DNA of 64,000 nt from Gammaproteobacteria bacterium (lineage in GTDB: Bacteria > Pseudomonadota > Gammaproteobacteria > Natronospirales > REEB76). The notes below the pieces were generated by a model. It saw nothing but the letters and a program-made list of their open reading frames with translations, was not told the origin of the DNA and made no database searches. The translations under genes and the position numbers were made by a program. Positions 44,433 to 55,402 of this stretch are shown piece by piece (the first letter of the stretch is position 1; every line of letters starts with the position of its first letter). The DNA is taken from contig DASVOS010000013.1 in the NCBI GenBank assembly GCA_036383255.1, forward strand, positions 169,178-233,177, given 5' to 3'.

Positions 44433-45206
44433 ATGAGCTCGCCCCGCATCGACAACGCCAAGATCGACATCCGCAAGCTGGACTTCTACTACGGGAAGTT
44501 CCATGCCCTGCACGGCATCGATCTGCAGATCCCCGAGAAGCAGGTGACCGCCTTCATCGGCCCCTCCGGCTGCGGCAAGTCCACGCTGCTGCGCACCATG
44601 AACCGGATCTACGAGCTGTACCCCGAGCAGCGCGCCACCGGCGAGGTGATCCTCGACGGCGGCAACATCCTCGCCACCGGGCAGGACCTCAACCTCCTGC
44701 GCGCCAAGGTCGGCATGGTGTTCCAGAAGCCGACGCCGTTCCCCATGTCGGTGTACGAGAACATCGCGTTCGGCGTGCGCCTGTATGAGAAGGTGCCGCG
44801 CAACGAGATGGACGAGCGGGTCGAGTGGGCGCTGCGCAAGGCGGCGCTGTGGGACGAGGTCAAGGACAAGCAGCACCAGGGCGGCACCCGCCTCTCCGGC
44901 GGCCAGCAGCAGCGCCTGTGCATCGCCCGCGCCATCGCGGTCAAGCCGGAGGTGCTGCTCCTGGACGAGCCGGCCTCTGCGCTGGACCCCATCTCCACCC
45001 TCAAGGTGGAGGAGCTGATCGCCGAACTCAAGAAGGACTACACCATCGTCATCGTCACCCACAACATGCAGCAGGCGGCGCGCGTGTCGGATTACACCGC
45101 CTTCATGTACCTGGGGGACCTCATCGAGTTCGCCGACACCAGCACGCTCTTCACCAACCCGGCCCGGAAGCAGACCGAAGACTACATCACCGGAAGGTAC
45201 GGCTAG
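44433..45206 (+). CDS. pstB: phosphate ABC transporter ATP-binding protein PstB
   Basis: 257 aa. Walker [10 protein letters not shown], signature [14 protein letters not shown], Walker B LLLDEP. Confidence 0.95.
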   Translation: MSSPRIDNAKIDIRKLDFYYGKFHALHGIDLQIPEKQVTAFIGPSGCGKSTLLRTMNRIYELYPEQRATGEVILDGGNILATGQDLNLLRAKVGMVFQKPTPFPMSVYENIAFGVRLYEKVPRNEMDERVEWALRKAALWDEVKDKQHQGGTRLSGGQQQRLCIARAIAVKPEVLLLDEPASALDPISTLKVEELIAELKKDYTIVIVTHNMQQAARVSDYTAFMYLGDLIEFADTSTLFTNPARKQTEDYITGRYG

Positions 45207-45214
45207 TTCTTATC

Positions 45215-45350
45215 AAGCCTTTTTAGAGCGTGACGAGCGAAGGTAGAGCAAGGCGCGCGAGGCGAGCACCTGGAGCGTACTCTTTAGTACGTGAGGAGTG
45301 CGAGCCGAAGCGCAACGCAGCTATATCGAGCGCAGTAGCTCTAAAACGGC
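45215..45350. repeat. structured intergenic repeat element (copy C, inverted relative to copies A and B)
   Basis: 45272-45296 ggagcgtactctttagtacgtgagg is the reverse complement of 2864-2889 with 1 mismatch. Terminal inverted motifs ttttagagc / gctctaaaa. Its reverse-complemented tail resembles the tail of copy B (accttcgctc ... ctaaaaag). Confidence 0.55.
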
Positions 45351-45356
45351 TTGGAA

Positions 45357-45392
45357 AAGAAAAAGGGCGCGGTTTTAACCGCGCCCTTTTTT
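45357..45392. terminator. bidirectional Rho-independent terminator (pstB / Asr-like gene)
   Basis: aaaaagggcgcgg-ttttaa-ccgcgccctttttt: a GC-rich 8-bp stem flanked by an A-tract and a T-tract, between convergent genes. Confidence 0.8.
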
Positions 45393-45411
45393 AATCCCGA
45401 AAAGCCCGGGA

Positions 45412-45648
45412 TTACTTGTTGCCACCGGTCGAGGCAGCCGGAGCGGCATCCTTCGACTTCTTGTGGCTCTTGTGCTTGTGCTTGCTGGACTTCTTGTGCC
45501 CGCTCTTCGCCGGGGCCGCAGCCGGGGCGGCCTTGGCGGTGGAAGCGGCCGGGGCAGCCGGGGCGGCGGCCGGGGCAGCGGCGAAGCTCACGCCGGCGAA
45601 GGCCAGCAGGGAGGCGGCGAGGACGCTGATGACGATCTGACGCTTCAT
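45412..45648 (-). CDS. small secreted Ala/Pro/Lys/His-rich basic protein (second Asr-like paralogue)
   Basis: The ORF-track entry 45412..45855 is trimmed to ATG at 45648 (78 aa). Signal peptide MKRQIVISVLAASLLAFAGVSFA/AAP, then SGHKKSSKHKHKSHKKSKD. Confidence 0.55.
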   Translation of the reverse strand: MKRQIVISVLAASLLAFAGVSFAAAPAAAPAAPAASTAKAAPAAAPAKSGHKKSSKHKHKSHKKSKDAAPAASTGGNK

Positions 45649-45860
45649 TCTGAGTACTCCATTGCTGTGTGAGTGGATACCTGAAGGTTTTGCAAAACCT
45701 GACCCCAAGTCCAGGTGGTGTCCGGCTCTACGGCCGGATCCTCGAAAGCCCCAGGGCTGACACTTTCTGTCGGGGCTATAACGCCTCCTGGGTGGACGGG
45801 TTGACGCTGCCAGGGGGCTGATTTCCCGGGGGGTATCCTGCGGGCGGGCTGGCATAATAC

Positions 45861-47081
45861 GTGCCGATGACCAGGAAAATACCCGTATCCGAGCTCAGCC
45901 TGGGCATGTACGTGACCGAGCTGGACCGTCCCTGGCTGGAGAGCCCCTTCCTGTTCCAGGGCTTCGCCATCGAGTCCCCGGACCAGCTCTCCGCCCTCCA
46001 GGAGTGCTGCCAGTACGTGTTCGTGGACGAGGCCCGGGTCCTGGGCGGCCCGGCCGAGCCGGGGGAAGGGGCCGCGGCGGACCTCACCCTGCCGGGCATC
46101 AAGGAGACCCCCGAGCGCAGCGGTTTCCGGCTGGCGGTACGCCGGGTGCTGGACTACCGCCAGAAGCTCTACCCCCACCTGCAGCGGGTCATGGACGATG
46201 CCCGCCTGGGCAAGCTCATGGATGCCCGCGAGACCCGCGCCATGGTGCAGCAGCTCGTGGAGCTGGTGGCGGTGAATCCCCAGGCGGCGCTCTGGCTCAC
46301 GAACCTCAAGGACCGCCACGCCCACACCGCCGACCACTGCTTCAACACCGCGGTGCTGGCGGTAGCCTTCGGCTCCCATCTCGGCATGCCCAAGGACACC
46401 CTGGAACAGGTGGGCCTGGGGGCGCTGCTTCACGACGTGGGCAAGATGCGCACGCCAGTCACCATCCTCGACAAGCCGGGCGTGCTCACCGAGGACGAGT
46501 TCGACATCCTCAAGAAGCACCCGGGTGACGGCTACCAGATGCTGCGCAAGCAGGGCGGCTTCCCGCCGCTGGCGCTGGAGGTAGTGCATCTGCACCATGA
46601 GCGCATCGGCGGGCAGGGCTACCCCTTCAGCCTCAAGGGCGAGGAGATCCCCCTGCATGTGCGGGTGGTGGCGGTGGCGGAGGTCTACGATGACATCAGC
46701 AGCGACCGTGTCTACCACGAAGGCATCCCCGCCGCGAACTGCCTCAACATGATGTTCCATTGGGCGCCGCGCGACTTCGGCGAGGACCTGATGCAGGAGT
46801 TCATCCGCTGCATCGGCATCTATCCCATCGGCAGCCTGGTGGAGCTCAACACCGGCGCGCTCGGCATCGTCATGTCCAGCAACCCCGACAGCCGGCTCAA
46901 ACCCGTGGTGATGTTGGTGCGGGACAGGGAAGGGCGCCCGTACCGGCGCAGGCCGCTGCTCAACCTGGCGGCGCCCGGCATCCACGACGGCGGCTTCTCC
47001 TGGCGCGTGGAGCGGGTGGTGGATTGCAAGGATTACGACATCGACCCGGCGCGGATCGCGCAGATGGAGGCGCGCCTGTGA
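45861..47081 (+). CDS. HD-GYP domain c-di-GMP phosphodiesterase (with DUF3391-like N-domain)
   Basis: 406 aa. HDVGK ... HPGDGY ... HHER motifs of HD-GYP. N-terminus IPVSELSLGMYVTELDRPW. Confidence 0.87.
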   Translation: MPMTRKIPVSELSLGMYVTELDRPWLESPFLFQGFAIESPDQLSALQECCQYVFVDEARVLGGPAEPGEGAAADLTLPGIKETPERSGFRLAVRRVLDYRQKLYPHLQRVMDDARLGKLMDARETRAMVQQLVELVAVNPQAALWLTNLKDRHAHTADHCFNTAVLAVAFGSHLGMPKDTLEQVGLGALLHDVGKMRTPVTILDKPGVLTEDEFDILKKHPGDGYQMLRKQGGFPPLALEVVHLHHERIGGQGYPFSLKGEEIPLHVRVVAVAEVYDDISSDRVYHEGIPAANCLNMMFHWAPRDFGEDLMQEFIRCIGIYPIGSLVELNTGALGIVMSSNPDSRLKPVVMLVRDREGRPYRRRPLLNLAAPGIHDGGFSWRVERVVDCKDYDIDPARIAQMEARL

Positions 47082-47509
47082 GCCGCGAGACCCAGATATT
47101 CCTGAGCAACGGCCTGATGCTGGACGCCACCGAGTTCCAGTTCAGCTTCGTGCGCAGCTCAGGCCCCGGCGGCCAGAACGTGAACAAGGTGGCGAGCGCG
47201 GTAGAACTGCGCTGGGACCTGCGCAAGAGCATCTACCTGCCGGTGGGGGTGCGCCTGAGGCTCGAGGCCCTGGCGGGCTCGCGGGTCACGGACGAGGGCG
47301 TGCTCATCATCCAGGCCCAGCGCCACCGCACCCAGGAGCGCAACCGTGCCGACGCCTTGGAGCGCCTCGTCGCCCTCGTGGAGCAGGCGCTGCATCCGCC
47401 CAAGCCGCGCAAGAAGACCAAGCCCTCCAAGGGCTCCAAGCGCCGGCGTCTCGAGGGCAAGAAGCGCCAGGGTGACAAGAAGCGCCTTCGCAGCAAGAGC
47501 TACGACTAG
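47078..47509 (+). CDS. arfB: alternative ribosome-rescue factor ArfB (peptidyl-tRNA hydrolase, YaeJ)
   Basis: 143 aa from GTG 47078 (GTGA overlap with the HD-GYP stop). GGQ motif SSGPGGQNVNKV and a Lys/Arg-rich C-terminal tail. Confidence 0.87.
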   Translation: MSRETQIFLSNGLMLDATEFQFSFVRSSGPGGQNVNKVASAVELRWDLRKSIYLPVGVRLRLEALAGSRVTDEGVLIIQAQRHRTQERNRADALERLVALVEQALHPPKPRKKTKPSKGSKRRRLEGKKRQGDKKRLRSKSYD

Positions 47510-47510
47510 A

Positions 47511-47540
47511 AAAAGAAAACCCGGCGTAAGCCGGGTTTTC
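47511..47540. terminator. bidirectional Rho-independent terminator (arfB / APC permease)
   Basis: aaaaagaaaacccggc-gtaa-gccgggtttt. Confidence 0.75.
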
Positions 47541-47563
47541 CGTTCTAGCGGGATTCCCACCAC

Positions 47564-49201
47564 TTAATGCAATGGCATCTCCATGCCACGCGAGCCCATC
47601 GCTCCCACCTTGTCGGAATGGGCTTGAGCCGCCGCCGAGGTGACGCCGGTCTTCAGCGCCAGCCACAGCATGGCGGGGCTGAACAGCGTCACGAGCAGCA
47701 TGCCGGTGAAGAAGCCGAAAGTGTCGTTGCCGCCCATGCCGCTGGCGGAGGGCCCGAGGTAGCTGATCAGCCACATGCCGGCGAAGTAGGGCAGCAGCCA
47801 CCAGGCGTGCTGCCAGCCGAGGCTCGAGGCGGGCAGCCGCTTCACCAGGAGGTGCCACACCAGCAGGAAGGCCACGTAGCCGCCTACCAGCACGAACAGC
47901 ACGCTCATCACGTAGTTGCCGGTCCAGTAGATGATCCAGTTGGAGGCGATGAACGCGATCATCGAGACCGCGGCGGAGCCCTTCAGGCGGAACGGGCGCT
48001 CCGCGCCGGGCAGGATCTTGCGCAGGTGCAGCAGGATCACCGGGCCGATGGCGTAGGAGAGCACGGTGATGGAGGACACCGCAGAGACCAGCTTGGACCA
48101 GGACGGGAATGGGAAGAAGAACGCGGCGCCGAAGATGTAGGTGGCGATCAGGGCGATCCAGGGCACGCCCCAGCGGTTGAGCTTGGCCACGTGGGAGGGG
48201 GCGCCGCCCATCTCGCCGGCAGCCATCAGGATGCGCGGGCTGCCGGTGATGTAGATGAACGCGGTGCCGAGCGGCGATACCACCGCGTCGAAGTACAGAA
48301 CCGAGGCCCACCACAGCGCACCGACGGCGGTGAGGATGGCGGCCAGGGGACCGAACATGCCGGCGAAGTGCAGCTGCGGCCAGCCGGAGCTGATGTCGTT
48401 GGGGTCCAGTGCCACGATGAAAGCGTACTGCAGGCCCAGGTAGATGATGAGGGCGATCACCACCGAGCCGATCAGAGCGATGGGCACGTACTTGCCTGGG
48501 TTGCGGGTCTCGCCGGCGAGGGCGATAGCCTGCTGGAAGCCCAGGAAGCTGAAGATGATGCCGGCGGTGCCGACGGCGGTGAAGATGCCGCTGGTGGGCG
48601 TGCTCTGCAGCTGCGCGGTCATGTTCTCCGGGTGGAAGGAATAAGCCACGAGGATGAAGATGGTGACCACCGGCACCAGCACTTTCCACCAGGTGGTCAC
48701 GCTGTTGATGGCGATGACCCAGCGGATGGCCATGAAGTTCAGGGCCACCACCAGCGCCAGCATGATCAGCGAACTCACCGTGCCGAGCGGCGTGAGCAGG
48801 CCGCCGGCATCCAGGAAGTGCCCCATGCCGAGGAAGCCCGACGGGGGCAGCAGGGTGTTCATGTAGGTCAGCACCGCGATGACTTCCACCGGCGGCACCG
48901 AGACGAATGCCAGGAACAGCACCCAGCTCCAGATCTTGCCCAGCATGTCGCCGTGGCTCACGTGCACCATGTGCACCAGCGCGCCGGAATTCGGGAACAT
49001 GGTGGAGAGTTCGGCGAACACGAACGCCAGGAACAGCACCGCGGTGGCACCGATGGTCCAGGAGGCCATGCTGAAGGGGCCCGCCTGCATGGAGGCATTG
49101 AGCGCGCCGAACAGCCAGCCGGAGCCGATGATGCTGCCCAGGCTGGCATACAGGAGTCCGATCACACCGGCTTCGCGTCGGACCTTGTCGGGAGCTGTCA
49201 T
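47564..49201 (-). CDS. APC-superfamily amino acid permease
   Basis: 545 aa, about 12-14 TM segments. N-terminal GVIGLLYASLGSIIGSGWLFG is typical of the APC family. Confidence 0.85.
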   Translation of the reverse strand: MTAPDKVRREAGVIGLLYASLGSIIGSGWLFGALNASMQAGPFSMASWTIGATAVLFLAFVFAELSTMFPNSGALVHMVHVSHGDMLGKIWSWVLFLAFVSVPPVEVIAVLTYMNTLLPPSGFLGMGHFLDAGGLLTPLGTVSSLIMLALVVALNFMAIRWVIAINSVTTWWKVLVPVVTIFILVAYSFHPENMTAQLQSTPTSGIFTAVGTAGIIFSFLGFQQAIALAGETRNPGKYVPIALIGSVVIALIIYLGLQYAFIVALDPNDISSGWPQLHFAGMFGPLAAILTAVGALWWASVLYFDAVVSPLGTAFIYITGSPRILMAAGEMGGAPSHVAKLNRWGVPWIALIATYIFGAAFFFPFPSWSKLVSAVSSITVLSYAIGPVILLHLRKILPGAERPFRLKGSAAVSMIAFIASNWIIYWTGNYVMSVLFVLVGGYVAFLLVWHLLVKRLPASSLGWQHAWWLLPYFAGMWLISYLGPSASGMGGNDTFGFFTGMLLVTLFSPAMLWLALKTGVTSAAAQAHSDKVGAMGSRGMEMPLH

Positions 49202-49302
49202 TGCGCGGGACCCCTATATCGGTTTGATGGAGCCCCAGGCCGTGCGGCGCGGGGACCCGGCGATATTAGATGAGGCGGGAGGGCAGGACAACCGGCAGGG
49301 GA

Positions 49303-49722
49303 TCAGTGCAGGGAGCGTCCATCCCCCGGCCCGACGAACTGCGTCAGCCGGAGCAGGTCCGGCGAGACCGGCGCCCCGCCGCCCAGGATGGTGACCCCGT
49401 CCGGGTGATCGAGCTGCACCGAGAGCACGCGGCGGCCGGCGAGGGTGGCACGGCCCTGCCAGCGGTCCTGGCCGGTGCCGCTGAACTCGAAGCCGTAGAT
49501 GCGGGTGAACTCGGGCCAGCCGGAGGCGCCCCGGCCCAGGCTCAGGCGGGTGAGCACGACGCTCTCGTCCAGGAACTGCACCTTGAGCTCGCGGCACAGC
49601 CGCGCGCAGGTCGCCACCATGCGCTCGCGGGCCCGCAGGCTGTCGTTCCAGAACAGGAAGCCCGCCGCCGCCGCGAGTAGCAGCAGGATGGCCACACCGG
49701 TGCCGCCCGCATCTAGGTACAT
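49303..49722 (-). CDS. DUF3301-like small membrane-anchored protein
   Basis: The ORF-track entry 49303..49773 is trimmed to ATG at 49722 (139 aa). One N-terminal TM, then ARE..C....QFLD..V.L......W..R.Y.FEFS..G..R. Lies 10 nt downstream of the GGDEF gene. Confidence 0.6.
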   Translation of the reverse strand: MYLDAGGTGVAILLLLAAAAGFLFWNDSLRARERMVATCARLCRELKVQFLDESVVLTRLSLGRGASGWPEFTRIYGFEFSGTGQDRWQGRATLAGRRVLSVQLDHPDGVTILGGGAPVSPDLLRLTQFVGPGDGRSLH

Positions 49723-49732
49723 GGGTGAGAGT

Positions 49733-50944
49733 CTACGCCAGGCTGACGCGGTTGCGGCCGGCGTGCTTGGCATCGTAGAGCGCCTTGTCGGCCGCCTTGA
49801 GCACGGTCCAGGGCTCGTTCAGGCTGTCGCCGTGCTGGGCTGCGCCGATGCTGACGGTGATGGAGAGCATATCCGGCTGGTTCTCGCCGGGTCCCGTATC
49901 CTCGCTGCGCCGCCCACCATGGCGCAGGTCGAAGCGGCAGGCCTCGATGTCGGCGCGCACCGTCTCCAGTTCCTGCGACACCTCATCCAGCCCGCGTCCC
50001 CCGTAGAGCAGGCAGAACTCCTCGCCGCCGTAGCGGAACGGCCGGCCCGCGAGCGCCGGCTGCTGCAGGCGTGAGGCCACGAAACGCAGTACCTGGTCGC
50101 CCACGTCGTGGCCGTAGCGGTCGTTGAAGAGCTTGAAGTGGTCCACGTCCACCATGGCGATGGCATAGCGCCCGCCGAGCTGGCGCATCTGCTCCTCCAG
50201 TGCGCGCCGCCCCGGCAGGCCCGTCAGCTCGTCGAGGTAGGCCATGCTCCAGGAACCCTGGATCACCGCGTAGCCGAAGCCCAGGCCCGCCGCGCCCAGG
50301 AACAACGCGCCCCAGGCCAGCGGCGCGCCATGCAGCACCGGCACCGCCATCGCCAGCGCCAGGAAGAACGCGGCGCTCTCGGCGTCGTGCTTGCGCAGCA
50401 GCTGGTCGTTGAGCCAGACGAGGCCGAGCCCGGTGGCGAGCAGCGCGGGCTGGGTCACGGCGCTGTGGTTGAGGAAGGAGAGATGCACGAACTGCACGTG
50501 CAGCGCCCGCGCCAGCAGCAGGCTCGGGAATGCCGCCATCGCCCACAGCGCCAGCGCCTCGCCGGCCAGGACTCCGAACCAAAGGCCGCCATAGCGGCTG
50601 AACACGCCGCGTTCCGGGATGCAGGCGAACACCAGCACGTCCAGCGGCAGGAACAGGTTGAGGCCGCCGCTCAGCACCGCGTGGGTGAGCGGATCCGCGG
50701 TGCGGCTGAGCGCGAACACGCCCACGTAGGCGGCGAGCAGCGTGAGCAGGGCGAAGAACATGCGGCTGCGGTTGAACTGGGCGGAGAGGCCGAGCGCCGC
50801 CAGCAGGACCGTGCCGACGGAGAGCTCCACCGCGAGCTGGCCCGGGCGGGGGAAGGAGGTGACCTGCACCGCCAGGAGCGCCGCCAGCATGAACACGATC
50901 AGCTCTGGCAGCAGCGTATATAGGACGCCGATGAATATCTTCAT
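49733..50944 (-). CDS. membrane-bound diguanylate cyclase (multi-TM N-domain + GGDEF)
   Basis: 403 aa with about 6-7 TM segments. GGDEF domain with RYGGEEF active site and DxLTGLPGRR. Confidence 0.87.
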   Translation of the reverse strand: MKIFIGVLYTLLPELIVFMLAALLAVQVTSFPRPGQLAVELSVGTVLLAALGLSAQFNRSRMFFALLTLLAAYVGVFALSRTADPLTHAVLSGGLNLFLPLDVLVFACIPERGVFSRYGGLWFGVLAGEALALWAMAAFPSLLLARALHVQFVHLSFLNHSAVTQPALLATGLGLVWLNDQLLRKHDAESAAFFLALAMAVPVLHGAPLAWGALFLGAAGLGFGYAVIQGSWSMAYLDELTGLPGRRALEEQMRQLGGRYAIAMVDVDHFKLFNDRYGHDVGDQVLRFVASRLQQPALAGRPFRYGGEEFCLLYGGRGLDEVSQELETVRADIEACRFDLRHGGRRSEDTGPGENQPDMLSITVSIGAAQHGDSLNEPWTVLKAADKALYDAKHAGRNRVSLA

Positions 50945-50984
50945 ATGGGATCCCGGGACGCCACCTGCGGCGTCCTGAGCCTGC

Positions 50985-51677
50985 TCAGCCTTGCACCTGC
51001 ATCTGGTCGTGGACCTCGTGCACGCCCGGCACGTACCAGCAGTCGTAGATCGCCATGCGGCGCTGCTCGTCGCTGTGCACCGCTCCGCGCAACGTCACCT
51101 CGCGGTCACGGGTGCGTACGTCGATGCTCTCGGCGTGCAGCAACGGGTCCTTCTCCAGCACCATGCGCACCGCGTCGGAGACCTCGTCGTCGTTGTCCTT
51201 CTCGGCCGGGCGGACCCGGATGTGGTTGTGCACGTCGCAGCTGCCCGGCACCCACCAGGCGATGACCTCCGCCAGGCGCCGGTGCGAGAGGCTGTTCAGC
51301 TGGCCGTCGAGGCGCACCACGCAGTCGTCCACGTCGACGCCGATCCAGTCGCGGCCGGACTCGGTGGCGGGATGGGGGTGCACCGCGATGTCGCGGAAGG
51401 CAGGCTCCTGGGACAGGGCGGAGGTGGCGGCATCCAGCAGCGCCTTTCCGGTGCGCCGTTCGCCGGGCCGGAGCCGCAGGCGATCCTCGATGTCGTTCAA
51501 GCCCGAGAGCTCCATGGCGATGCGCCGGGCCTTGCGCTTGACGATGATGTTGGCCACTTCGCCTTCGAGCCGCAGACTGTCATGATAGGCGACGTGGATG
51601 GGGGATTCGTGCAGATTGATGTCTGGGTCCTTCGCCAGGGCCGCGAGCAGCGCGGCTACCAGGTCTTTCTGCGGCAT
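50985..51677 (-). CDS. BON-domain protein (three BON-like repeats, no obvious signal peptide)
   Basis: The ORF-track entry 50985..52010 is trimmed to ATG at 51677 (230 aa). Repeated pattern I.V....V.L.G.V. Confidence 0.65.
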   Translation of the reverse strand: MPQKDLVAALLAALAKDPDINLHESPIHVAYHDSLRLEGEVANIIVKRKARRIAMELSGLNDIEDRLRLRPGERRTGKALLDAATSALSQEPAFRDIAVHPHPATESGRDWIGVDVDDCVVRLDGQLNSLSHRRLAEVIAWWVPGSCDVHNHIRVRPAEKDNDDEVSDAVRMVLEKDPLLHAESIDVRTRDREVTLRGAVHSDEQRRMAIYDCWYVPGVHEVHDQMQVQG

Positions 51678-51761
51678 GGGGCACCTTGGGCTTCGGAGGG
51701 GTGTTCTTCTCATATAAGGTTGAGCCCAGGCGGCCCGCTTGGCAATAGGGAAGGAAAAGCT

Positions 51762-54430
<2,669 letters not shown>

Positions 54431-54531
54431 GGCCGGCAAAAACCCCGTGGATTCCAGCCGGGCAACAGTCTATGATTCTGCGAGGCCCGCAGGCCTTTGA
54501 AAACCAAGCCATCAACAACGGGGAAGATGCC

Positions 54532-55350
54532 ATGACCAGCCGTGCCATTACCCATTGGATCGTGTACGCGGGCGCCGCCGCTGCGCTGCTGCTGCAAGGG
54601 TGCTCCTCCAGCAAGCCCTACGCACTGGTCGCGGAACTCCCGGCCAACGACCACCTGGTGGTGGGCTCCATCGAGGTCAAGGACGGCAAGTGCAGCGCGC
54701 ACTTCGCTTCCCTCGAATGGAGCGATTTCTACAAGCCGTCCTGCCAGGTGCTCAAGGACCAGTCCGGCTTCAAGAGCTTCAAGATCGGCGACACCCAAGT
54801 CGACTTCGGCGGGGTGGAGAACGGCTTCAAGGTGCTCACCACGCCGCCCAAGCTGCCGCCCGCGAACGTGACCCTCAACCCGCTGCCGGCCAACAGCACC
54901 GCCGCCGCCGCCCAATCCGCGGCCGCCACCGCCTCGCCGGCCGCCACTCCACCCACCGCGCCGGCTGCCAGCGAAGGCGAGGACTTCCCGGCCCAGTGGG
55001 CGGTCGTGCCGCACCCAGGCACCGTGCACCTCGCCGGCCAGAACCCAGGCTATCTCCTGTCCTCGGACAACCTGTTGATCGACGGCGGTGAAGGCACGCT
55101 GGATGTGACCTTCAAGGCCGCCTACAAGCCGCTGCACCTCACCGCCATCGTGGTGGCGAATGAGCACGGCGACTTCCGCCTGGTGTTCAACCCGCACGTG
55201 ACTGCGAGCCTGACGAGCGGCGGCAACTACGACGTGTCGCTGGTCAACGAGGGTACCGGCATCTCCGGCAACATCTGGGACTCCCACGGCTTCGATTCCT
55301 GGACGCCCGCGCTGCCGCCCACCTGGGCCGTCAAGAGCGAAGACAAGTAA
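54532..55350 (+). CDS. hypothetical lipoprotein
   Basis: The ORF-track entry 54016..55350 is trimmed to ATG 54532 (272 aa). Lipobox LLLQGC and an Ala/Pro/Thr-rich linker. No family recognised. Confidence 0.55.
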   Translation: MTSRAITHWIVYAGAAAALLLQGCSSSKPYALVAELPANDHLVVGSIEVKDGKCSAHFASLEWSDFYKPSCQVLKDQSGFKSFKIGDTQVDFGGVENGFKVLTTPPKLPPANVTLNPLPANSTAAAAQSAAATASPAATPPTAPAASEGEDFPAQWAVVPHPGTVHLAGQNPGYLLSSDNLLIDGGEGTLDVTFKAAYKPLHLTAIVVANEHGDFRLVFNPHVTASLTSGGNYDVSLVNEGTGISGNIWDSHGFDSWTPALPPTWAVKSEDK

Positions 55351-55373
55351 ACGTCCTCGGAACCAAGCACCGG

Positions 55374-55402
55374 AAGGCCCGCGCGAGCGGGCCTTTCCTT
55401 TT
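55374..55402. terminator. Rho-independent terminator between convergent genes
   Basis: ggcccgc-gcga-gcgggcc followed by tttcctttt. Confidence 0.7.

Noticed and set aside
42225-45350. Calling pstCAB plus its flanking inverted repeats a composite transposon or mobile element.
   Set aside because: There is no transposase or integrase, no recognisable target-site duplication, and the composition is identical to the surroundings. Intergenic repeat families accumulate in such gaps anyway. It is reported only as an observation.
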